DNA from: Polymyxa betae A26-41
Taxonomy: Eukaryota > Protista > Endomyxa: Phytomyxea
Assembly: GCA_003693705.1 (NCBI GenBank)
Contig: RBZT01000154.1
Span: 1 to 35,130 of the forward strand
Reading direction: 5' to 3'
DNA: 35,130 nucleotides
In this document: piece by piece, positions 23,330 to 33,000 of the stretch
Position numbering within the stretch: position 1 is the stretch's first letter
How the letters are laid out: each line of letters opens with the position of its first letter
Notes under the pieces: generated by a model
What the model was told of the DNA's origin: nothing
What the model saw: only the letters and a program-made list of their open reading frames with translations
Database searches by the model: none
Made by a program: the position numbers and the translations under genes

Positions 23330-24960
23330 AACATGTCCGTGAGCGAAAAGTGTGGACGAGGTGGGGAATGCACAGCGCAGAACGTCCATAATCTTCTGAT
23401 GTCGCCGTTCAGCATCCAGTTGGATTTGCATTTGGAATCTCTGCATTTCTCCCCGATCAAGATTCCGTAATCGCTTTGTCTCCGCCTGAAACTGCTCTGC
23501 CTCAGCACGACTTCGTTCCTAACGCCTCTCCACGACCAAAATTTTGCCATTGAGTGTCCTGAATTCTGATCGAAGGCTTACATCCTCAGCGAATAGTGCT
23601 TGGACAGTCGAATCTGCCTGTTGTTGCAAGTGGGCAATTGATGTAAAGTGGAAACCGCATTCGGATAACTTTCTTTCGGAAACCGTTTCAACCAGAATCA
23701 TAATCGCACGGGTCAGCACTCGCTGTTTGATGATTGCAGATTCATTCGGATCTATCATTGACTCGACCAGAGCCTATGGAAATTTGCGACCAGCATGTGC
23801 GAATCTCAAAGTTCTGACACCATATCGTCGAACGCGATGATAGCTGCAGCGGTCATGCATTCAGCGAAAACGGGGTGGAAACGATCGATGTTCGAATGGA
23901 ATATGGCCGACACCAATACATAGGCTTTGTGTTCAGGATCATCGCGGCCAGAGTGCTGAGCGGAGCGAGTCGCGGACATGCACCTCCAGTGTCGACCGTT
24001 CCGAACCTGAGGGGAACCCGCGCCATTTTATGCAAAGCAGCGGGGTCCCATTTTACATCGCATATTTCTCTGGTCACCGGGTTCTTGCGGATCTTGATTA
24101 TCCCACCCATTGTACATGGCATTTGCGTCGCGAGGAATACTTGGGTGATTGAGAGCTTCCAAAAACATGATGCTCCTCAGCGAATGGGATGTGACGTCTG
24201 AATTCACACGCGCCCCGTTGTTTTCATAGCGTTAAGTAGCTCTTGAAGATGTAGGTTCAAATACTGTGACGGCTTCGCGTTTGTCGCTGCTTTTGGAAAA
24301 AGGAACGAGTTGTTCTGAAAAAAATTCAACGTGCAGAAAAATTTATACAAATCACAAACCTCGGACTTGGATGTTAATGGACAGCAAAACGATAGATGGC
24401 GGATTTACAGATGAAGCGGATAAAGAATCCAGCCGTTGATGTTGTATGTCAGAGGGAGAATGTCCGTATGGGTCGAGATACGGAAATGAGACCTGATTAC
24501 ATTGTATCCATATCAGGGCGCCAGCACAAATTGTTTCTAGTCGACAAACCATATCTGAAACCCGGACGATAACGGGAGAGTGCGGGTTGATTGTGTCGGC
24601 CCAAATGTCGCTGGCGCGCCCTCCTTTGATTGTTTGAAGTCCAAAGAGCGATGAGCTCTCGATCTACCCAAGGCGGATCGCAGTGAGAGCGATTTGGCGA
24701 GCTTTTTCAAATTAGGACGGAGGCGCATTAGTGGTCAGGGGCAGACACTTCTCCAGGCGACTCCGGCTAATCAGTTTAGCTGCCTTGCTTAAGCAGGTCG
24801 AAAAGAACTCGCCCAGCAGAGATTGAAGTTGAGACGACTGAGATGCCAATTTCTACAGAAAGAACGATTCAAATCGATGACAAATATGCTTTTTAGAGCA
24901 ATAGAGAAAAGCTGAACGGAGTCTATTTTTTGGAGACTCAAAACATCCTGGAGGTTTTTA
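23330..24960 (-). pseudogene. Probable Crypton-type tyrosine recombinase pseudogene
   Basis: LFGLQTIKGGRASDI (~24601-24648; box I Arg), TSHPIR*GAS (~24169-24198; HxxR box II), then HP.I..GW and HKMARV, in the order I recall from stramenopile Cryptons. Boundaries are approximate. Confidence 0.55.
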
Positions 24961-25559
24961 AATGTTGCTCATTAATGAGCCAATACATGAGCTGTCCCGC
25001 AAGCTGTACCCCGTCTTCTCCTATCAAGTGCTCTATCTTATATCATCGAAACTGCAGATTGTTTCCCTGAAACTGAAGATTGAATGGCAAGAATGGTTTT
25101 GAATTAGAATGTGTTTGTGCAAATGTCAAACCTGCTTGACAGAAGAAATGAATTGAAATGAGTGCGGGCTGTACGCAACTGAGCAGTCGACGATTTTTTT
25201 TCAGCAAATGAATTGAAAGTAAGCCGTTTTCGTTGTCGCCCCCTTCATGACCTTCCTGAGGCTCCCGCTGCAAAAATTTCAATATTGTGGGAAAGGCTGG
25301 TAAATGGCTGATTACCGCTCCGTTTGAACAGGCCCACCGACTCTGCATTCGGATCGCAGATTTGACATGCAAGACCAGCGACCTCGGCCAGAAATAAGCA
25401 GGACGAAACTGCAATGGCAATCCTCGACCACAGTAAAGGTCCCGCCAAAGAATGTTTACGCCGTAGACTGTCTATTGTGGAGAGTTACCCCTTTCAATCC
25501 AATGACCAGTTTCCCTCTATGGATGGCCCAGTGAGTGTGACGGTCAGCGAATATGGTTC

Positions 25560-26400
25560 GGCTTACTAGGTCTGGCCGGTTCGGTTGATTGAACAATAAT
25601 ACAAATTATGGCATCAACAAAGCAATATGCCGACAGCATCGTTACGGAAGCTCCAATAGGGAGAATGCAGAACGCATATGTCGAATTCATCCATTCGGAT
25701 TCACTCAAACGAAAAATGCCGAAACCAATCACAACCTTTTACACCATTTAACAAAACAAACCAAGAAAGTGCAAATCACCAAAATACAAGCGTTAAAAGC
25801 TGTGACTCTTACACTACGGATCTGAACCAGTTAGCATTGTCTGCTAGTGTAAAAGATACCAACTGCAACTCGATTATAAACAGTGGTTGCTCCAAGCACA
25901 TGGACAATACTAAGATGCTGTTCGTCAACTATCGATCTGGCGGGAATTAAAACATCATGATGGGGAATGATACATCTGAATACAGCTCTGGAGTTGACGA
26001 TAAAGGCAATCCCTCATCTACTGGCCGTTTCAGAATCGAAAATCCCTTGTTAGTTCCAAACCTGAAGCCCAAGTTAATCTCAGTTGGCCAACTAACTAAA
26101 GAGGGTTAGAAGCTCTTGTTCAATGGGAGCCATTTAAATATCAATGCAAGAGATGAATGGACACCACCCAAAGGAAAACGAATAGTCAAATGCCAGCGAG
26201 ACGTTAATAATCTATACAACCTGAGCGAATCCAATAATGATATTCGAACGCCAACATCACTATTATTTAGCCAAGTTTAATCTTAGCGCACTTGCCTAAT
26301 GCATGAAAGACTTGGTCACATCTATAACCAGGACCTGAACAGTGTGTAGCAAAGGCTGAAATCACAAATCAAGAGAATATACCTAAGACCATAGGACCCG
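25560..26400 (+). pseudogene. Ty1/Copia gag-protease-preintegrase remnant, ending at the viral junction
   Basis: IINSGCSKHM (protease DSG motif), VPNLKPKLISVGQL and HERLGH. The CxxC/integrase region expected next is absent and viral sequence starts instead. Confidence 0.8.
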
Positions 26401-26526
26401 CTGTTCCACTGTTCCATGTGACGGAACGTTAGGGCCGTCCCATATATTTCACGGGGTGCGCCTTACAAAATCCATCCCCTGGCTGGAACACCCCCTTGTT
26501 CCATAACGATATCGTACCGTTCCAGT
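26401..26526 (+). promoter_or_regulatory. Iteron-rich viral origin/promoter region
   Basis: CTGTTCCA x2 (26401-26416), inverted GGAAC (26423), hairpin TGGAACA-ccccct-TGTTCCA (26484-26503), GTTCCA (26519) and TATA-like tatattt (26443). No canonical nonanucleotide was seen. Confidence 0.6.
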
Positions 26527-27585
26527 ATGTTGGAGGCCGCGCTTGACGATATCGGCATCGCTGAACCGGGTACAAACAAGGCTCGTGCGATGGTGTTTAC
26601 GCTTTTCTGTCATCAATCTCTTCCGGAGGATGTTGAGTGGTGCGATCCTGAACCGATCGTTCAGGATATCCCTCACAAATATTTGGTGTACGGACCAGAG
26701 TTCACCGAGGAGGGTCGCCTGAATTTGCAGGGATTTATTCAATTTAAAAACCCTCTATCTTTTTCTTCGGTTTTGAAAAAGTTCCGGCAGTTTACTCCGC
26801 GTTTACGGCGCGCAGTCGCTACGGCGGCGCAGAATCGTGCGTACTGCACCAAAGCGGTTGATATTTGGCCGTTCGACGAACACGGCGTGTGTCCGACTGA
26901 TGGCGGTGATGGTGAGGTGAATCGTTGGAAGTCGCCGTATGATCTGGCCTATTCCGGTTCGATTGACATTATCGATCCGCAGATTCAGATCCAGTCGATC
27001 CTTTCTCTGGAGCGGATCGAAGAGCGGTGGCAGTTTCGCCGCAAGCTTCAAGATTTGGCGATTCTGCGTAACGTTTGGATTATTGGTCCGACCCGTCACG
27101 GGAAGTCCTCAATTCCTAATCGATTCTTCCGTGAAGAGGACCGATATGCGAAGATCTGCAACAAGCATTGGTGCAACTATAAGGGTCAGACGGTAGTTTA
27201 CATGCAGGACTTGGATCGTAATTTCGGCAATTGGGCTCTACAGAAATTCAAGGAATGGACCGATTTGTACGTATTTCCGGGTGAGCGTAAATTCGGCAAC
27301 GTCCGGATTCGGCCGGCACATTTTATTTGTACATCGAATTTTTTTATTGAGAATTATTTCGCGGATCACGATCAAGAACATATCAACGCGATCGCGGCGC
27401 GTTTCACTGTTATTGATCTATTCGCGTGCTGTGGGCAAGCGGCGTTCTGTCGTTATGTGAGGCATCATCCGGAGCTCTACCCCGAAGAGTCTTGGCGTCG
27501 TTTCTATCAGGCCACTCATGGATGGTGGCTCTACGACGACCGGGACCAGGCGATCGTCAACTGCGACGATGATCACGAAATATAG
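26527..27585 (+). CDS. rep: CRESS-virus rolling-circle replication initiator (HUH endonuclease + SF3 helicase), 352 aa
   Basis: Motif I VFTLF, motif II LNLQG, motif III YCTK, Walker A GPTRHGKS, Walker B VYMQD, motif C ICTSN, Arg-finger region AIAARF. Confidence 0.95.
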   Translation: MLEAALDDIGIAEPGTNKARAMVFTLFCHQSLPEDVEWCDPEPIVQDIPHKYLVYGPEFTEEGRLNLQGFIQFKNPLSFSSVLKKFRQFTPRLRRAVATAAQNRAYCTKAVDIWPFDEHGVCPTDGGDGEVNRWKSPYDLAYSGSIDIIDPQIQIQSILSLERIEERWQFRRKLQDLAILRNVWIIGPTRHGKSSIPNRFFREEDRYAKICNKHWCNYKGQTVVYMQDLDRNFGNWALQKFKEWTDLYVFPGERKFGNVRIRPAHFICTSNFFIENYFADHDQEHINAIAARFTVIDLFACCGQAAFCRYVRHHPELYPEESWRRFYQATHGWWLYDDRDQAIVNCDDDHEI

Positions 27586-27894
27586 CGGAAGTTCGTGCCC
27601 CTGGGTCTGTCTACTCTGGCTCCCGATCTGGAGGTGCCTCGCGGTGAGCGTGTGGCGCTGCCATCGCCTGACACACAGACGACTACTCAAGCGTCCGTTC
27701 CTACTATCGTTGGTGCTGCCGAAGACCTGATGCAGTTGTCTGCGGTTGATTCGTCTCCCGTTGCCGCGTCGTCTGCGTCGCCGGATGCGTGCAATGACGA
27801 CTCGGACAGTGATTCTACCTGCGACAGTGGTATGACTTCGGAAAGCGCGCCTGATTTATTATCTGCAATGCTGGATGACAGGGACAGTGAATAA
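27586..27894 (+). pseudogene. In-frame Ser/Asp-rich continuation of Rep beyond a single TAG
   Basis: Same frame as Rep and open for 102 codons. The track ORF begins at GTG. It ends in a TAA overlapped by AATAAA (27890-27895). Confidence 0.55.
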
Positions 27895-27961
27895 AGATCT
27901 AAATTTGGCGCCATTTCGTTATGGACATGAGCTCCTCCCCATCGTTTTGTTCATTCACAAA

Positions 27962-28348
27962 ATGCGGCTCTCAACTACGTTGTCCGATTTGTTCCAGGTT
28001 GAGATCACGGACCGTGGCCATGGTGACTTCTTTATTGGACTGTACAAGAGAGCTGGTGATGGGTTCTGCCGATCCCTTGTCGCGTATCTCGATGGAAGCT
28101 CTCGATTGCGGGACGTGGATTTTGGAAGTAATTCGGATTTTGCTGAGCAAGCTGACGATGCTGTTCGATCCGCATTCCGATTCTATTCCCCATACAGTAC
28201 TCCTAAAACAGCTCAGTCGTGTACTGGAAGTGATGAGGGATCCTGTCCCGGTCCCCCCTCCCGCAGAAAGCGAAAATTAACGGGCGTGGACTCGAAGGCG
28301 GTGTACGCCCCGTCGCAGCTCAAGTTTGACGAAATAATATTTTCATAA
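27962..28348 (+). CDS. Hypothetical viral accessory protein (~128 aa; up to 157 aa from 27875)
   Basis: Open frame filling the Rep-capsid gap, with a basic PPSRRKRKL motif near the C-terminus. Confidence 0.5.
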   Translation: MRLSTTLSDLFQVEITDRGHGDFFIGLYKRAGDGFCRSLVAYLDGSSRLRDVDFGSNSDFAEQADDAVRSAFRFYSPYSTPKTAQSCTGSDEGSCPGPPSRRKRKLTGVDSKAVYAPSQLKFDEIIFS

Positions 28349-28374
28349 ACTTCCTCTCGTTTCTCATAGTCGAA

Positions 28375-29280
28375 ATGGTGCGGACTCGATCGGGTGCGGG
28401 TATCCCTGCCGCGCCTCGTCTTCCTGGCAACCCCAGGGCGTTCTATTGAAGGCCGATGGCCCCGCCTGTTCTGGCGGGTGAGCGTCCTTTTTCTGGTGAG
28501 GGTGTTCCAATTCTAGGCGGGCGGCGCCGCACTTCTATGCAGATGCCGACGGCTTCGTCGATCCTTCGCTCCGGTTCGTATGGTCATTCTGCAAAGCATC
28601 GTTCCGGTGGTGTTTACACTTTGACAATGCCTCTTTATGCTGGTCAGAAACGTGCGCGTTCTCGTCGTCTTGCTAAGCGTACTGTGCGTGCTCGCCGCGG
28701 CGGCATATATGACGTTGGTCGTTACGGCAGGCAGCCCATCCGTATCCGTGGGTACGGTGCGTACAATTGGCGCGGCGCCCTCAGTAGTGCAGGTCGTGCG
28801 ATTCAGACGGTAGGCCGGCGTGTTATTCCTGCCGGTACGTTTGCTCGCATGGGTAACGCGGTAGGCTCTACTCTGGGTTCCAGTGTTGGAGGTTGTCTTG
28901 GTGCCGCTATCGGCGGTAACCTCGGTTCCGCTCTCGGCAAGAAAATCGCATCTGTTGCGGGTTTCGGTTCCTATAACGTCAAGCGTAACTCAATAATGAA
29001 ATGGACCAATGTACGGTTGTATCGCACCGTGAGTTCGTCTGCAATATCGTAGTTCCCGCCTCGGTTACCGGGTTTAGCACGGATACGTTTCGTCTGAACT
29101 CTGGTAACATTAAAACGTTCCCTTGGCTCAGCAAGATCGCGGATGCCTACGATCAGTTCCAATTCCTTGGTTGCATATTCCAGTTTAAGAGCACATCCTG
29201 GTTGTCTAACGTTCCTCCGCCCGGTACGTTAATTATAGCGGCGGATTATCAAGTCAATGATGCCGCGTATGCCACCCAAG
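28375..29280 (+). pseudogene. cap: Tombusvirus-like (crucivirus) capsid protein, frameshifted at ~29000 and 3'-truncated
   Basis: Arg-rich arm KRARSRRLAKRTVRARR; RGYGAY; Gly-rich stretch; GFGSYNVKRNSI; then another frame with VSHREFVCNI..FRLNSGNIKTFPWLSKIADAYDQFQFLGCIFQFKSTS..GTLIIAADY. Possible starts are 28375, 28456 or 28627. Confidence 0.9.
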
Positions 29281-29749
29281 GAAGGTCCCGCCTGCAATTG
29301 TTACAGTCGCGGGGGACCCAGTAACAATAACAGATGCGAGACAGAACTGCTTGGTTTGGGTACCCGCATCCAGTAGAGGATGGTCTACGGATCAGAATTT
29401 TGACCCAATCATGCTTTTACCCTACCTTGCAAATCCTCAGTCAGAGATTTGTCGAAACAGTTTCTGGACAGAAACTGGATCAGCTCGTCCCCTTGTTTTC
29501 CACGCCAAAACTGGATAGGTTTTTGACGTATCTTCTCATGGCTCCAAGGTGCTTTGAGATTTCCAGTATAGATCCTATCTGCACGGCTGAACTGCTCGAC
29601 TTTATGGAACAGGTCTTCGTGAAGTTTACCTATCTTGTTTTGAAAATATATAAAGCTCAGCTAAAAACAGAGCATACCAATCTGAAAACCATCGGTTTTG
29701 AGTACAACTGGAAAACGTTCGATATCATTTGATGATTCGGCGCCATTAC

Positions 29750-30026
29750 CATCGCCGGTATCGCCAAATGTCCAGAGTCTGGTTGAGCTCTGAGAGAATC
29801 GAGAGTGGTATTCATACTTGCATGGCAAGACTGCATGTGGCGGAGTTGTCGACCACCAGTGGAAAGCCGCCATGGACGACTCGGTCTGTGTGTGCTATAG
29901 CAACTCCGGTTCGGAGCTTGAGAAACACAGTGGTTCGTGGACATGCACGACGCGAGCCATCTTACAGTGCGACCACATGTTGTGTACACCTCCTGTCTTG
30001 GGTTGATGTCTTGACACGCGCCCTCG
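29750..30026 (-). repeat. PPT-like tract and start of the 3' LTR of the minus-strand Copia
   Basis: Minus-strand ttcgagggcgcg|TGTCAAG follows RNase H. The LTR starts at 30016 and its far end is undefined. Confidence 0.45.
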
Positions 30027-30049
30027 AACAGATTATGGTCATCGGGTTT

Positions 30050-33000
30050 GAAATATCCTTGACTCCTATTTGGTCACGACACCATTAAAATTTAGGTATC
30101 GGAGACGGTTTGGTCAATGCATCCGCTACCATCATTGCAGTTGGTATCGGAACAAACTTGACGACCTTGTTCGCGACTTGTTCGCTCGTGTAGCGGTAAT
30201 TGACATCGATGTGATTGGTGCGAGGATCGGCTCGGTTGTTCGCTGTCATCGAAATGCTTCCATGGTTATCTTCAAGATTACCGTCGGGTGCTGGTGCTCA
30301 TGGCCGAGTTCCTTCAGAAACTGTCGTAACCAGACAATCTCGCGCACCGCGTCATACGCCGCTTGGTACTCAGCTTGCACGCTGGATGTTGAGACCAATG
30401 ATGGTCGCTTCGATTTAACTGCGACTGGGCCGTTTGCGAACATAATGACATATCCGGTAACAGATCTCCTTGTGTCCGGATCATTCGCGAAGACGTTGTC
30501 CACAGGGATGAGGCTTGGTTCGGAGATGTTCTGTGAGTATTCGATGCCAAATGTTATGGCTCCCTTGAGATATCGGAGAACATGCTAAGCAGCAGTCCAG
30601 TGACGTTGACCTGAGGTCTTAACGAACTGACAAGAAACGGACACCGCAGGCAAGATGTCAGGCCGAGTGTTGATCCCAAGCCACAAGAGGGCTCCAATCA
30701 GCTCACCGTAGGGCTTGCCTTGCATCGTTGCAGTGTCAGAATCTGTTTGTGCGCACATTTCGTCAGTGAGATGGAATCCTGGCTGATGTGGCGCAGAGCT
30801 GGGAGAGCAGTCGGTCATCTTGAACCGCTCTAGGATTTCCTGAATGTACAGCGCTTGGTCAATCCGGATGGGCCCAGTCGGTGTAGAGCGGTGAATGTGC
30901 ATGCCGAGTAGACGACTTGGTTCCCCGAGGTCTTTGATCTCGAATTCGTTGCTGAGCAGCTGAACAACCAGATCACAGAGTACTGTATCGTTGTGCACCA
31001 TCAGCGAATCGTCGTCGTGGATTCCCATCATCACGAAACTTCTGCCTTCGCGTGTTATATACATGCAAGTGCCTGCACAAACGCGACGAAAGCCTGCCTT
31101 ATTGACTAGGAAGTCGTTGAACTTCTTGTTCCAAAACATGCCAGCCTGTTTGAGGCCATACAGCGCCTTGAGAAGTTCACACAATAAATGTTCCTGATCA
31201 GGTTCAACGAAGCCATCTGGCGGCTTCATGAGCACCTGTTGGTCCATTTCGCCGTTAAGAAATGCGCAGACGACATCTATATGTCGTTGATGGTACCTAT
31301 ATTGGGCGGAAAGGGCGAGCAATAGACGCCTGGACTCCTTGTGGTCTACAGGAGCAAATGTTAAAAATCAATCCCTGGTCGCTGGGAAAAGCCTTTGATG
31401 ACCAAGCGAGCCTTAAATTTGTCGATAGTGCCATCGTCCTTGGGCTTTGTCGTGAAGACCCACTGTTTGGATGGCTTTACGTCCTTGAGGTAGTTGCCGA
31501 AGCTGCAAAGTTTTGAAGTTTATGAGGGTTTGAAACTCTTCGTGCGCGGCGTCGTTCCAATATCCCCAGTACGGACTCTGAAGGGCTTCCTTAAAACTTG
31601 ATGGTTTCTTGAAGTCACAGGCTTGAACATCGTCCCGTGCAGGCGGTGGGAGTATATCAGGGAAGTGCTTGGGAGTGGCAGCACTAAGTACGGTAAACTG
31701 TATATGGGCAACTGTATCTTCGAAGGTCTCGTCGTGAAGGGACCCGTTATCAGAATTGGCTTGTGGAACTTTCCAGCAGTCACTCGTTGTTTTGCGCTCA
31801 AGTTGAGGGTACCGGTGAGATATCGTAGATGCTGGGACATGAAGAGCCTCGGTGCTGTCAGTTGAAGATGAATCATCTGTTGAATTTTGTGCTGCCTCTT
31901 GATCATCAACTTCTTCACTTTTCCCAGGCTTTCGCTGTCATCGCAGAGGTTAGCATTGAGCTTCTCGGCATTGTTCATCTCTTTTTCCGGCTGAGTGTCG
32001 TGCTCTTCTGCAAGTTGTCGTTGGCAATAGTCGCTCTTGCCTTCATTAACGCGCCAGAACGAAAATTCTGACTAGTTGAAAATGACATCGTGGCTCACGA
32101 GGCGTTGCTGTGGATCGGGATCCCAAAGATGATAGGCCTTCTGGGTTGACTCGTTGCCAACGAAGATTGCTCGTCTGGCGTGTGGCTCCTGGTTACGCCG
32201 TGTTGTCGTTGGTGTCAGTACCCATGCATCGCAGCCGAGAACTCGAAGATGTGCAAGGTCAGTTTGTCTTTGGTACATTGCCACGTAATGCAGAGTGTGG
32301 GCGCTGGTTGAGGAGGTAAACGGCAGCCACTAGGAAGAATGGCCAGAAATCTTGAGGCAGTTTCGCGCGCAAGCGGATCGGCTCTGTGATTTCAATAATG
32401 GACCGGTTGAGACGCTCAGGCAAGCCGTTGGACTCGGAGTCATAGGCCACAATTGTTCGGTGTGGATTCCATTTTCCATATAATATGTTCGACATGCCTT
32501 CGACAAGTATTCGCCAATATTATTGGTTTGAAGCTGTTCAACGCATGAGACGGAATGTTTATGCCTTCTTAGCATCTTCGCTTCAAAAATTTTGAACGCG
32601 TCGAGTTGATCGGCCTTGCTTTTCAGAAGTAACAGCTCTGTGTATCGTGTAATGTGGTCGATATATGTGACACAATATCTCCAGTTTCCATTGATGCCGG
32701 TAGCTTTGAAGGGTCCCTTTAATAGGAAAAACACATTCGCCAGGGCGTATTGTGACCGTTTTGCTGGGTTGGAAATGACGTCTGCTCATCTTTCCCAGGG
32801 TACAGGGCTCGCACGGTGTTTCAATCTCGGGTCTCGGTTTGAGCGCAATTCCGGTGTCGCTTGTGCGCTCCAATCGCAGCAAGTCGCGTTGGTTGAGATG
32901 AACCTGACGCTCGTGCCAAAGCTGTGTTGCCTCAGCGCTCTTTTGCTTGGAATAATATGTGATTGCGGGACTGCGGGAACTTGATTTCTTGGATGAAGCT

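Larger units (their letters stand above)
26401..29280 (+). mobile_element. Endogenous CRESS DNA virus with crucivirus architecture (Rep plus tombusvirus-like capsid, unisense)
   Basis: HUH+SF3 Rep, capsid with tombus-like S-domain motifs, iteron leader, and a visible shift to GC/CpG-richer composition relative to both flanks. Confidence 0.9.

Noticed and set aside
26527-27585. Helitron or plasmid Rep
   Set aside because: It has an SF3 helicase rather than PIF1, CRESS-type motifs and a linked capsid gene.
28331-28344. gaaataatattttc as a viral nonanucleotide stem-loop
   Set aside because: TAATATTTT lacks the AC at the nick site, the stem is only 4 bp, and it lies inside an ORF.
26527-29280. 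Alternative genetic code explaining the in-frame stops in the viral genes
   Set aside because: The two stops differ (TAG and TGA) and each occurs once. A frameshift and truncation show ordinary decay.
29657-29989. Zinc-knuckle-like YTTCGRTVRWLASC suggesting a gag
   Set aside because: It lacks the CCHC residues and lies immediately after the Copia PPT, so it is probably LTR sequence.
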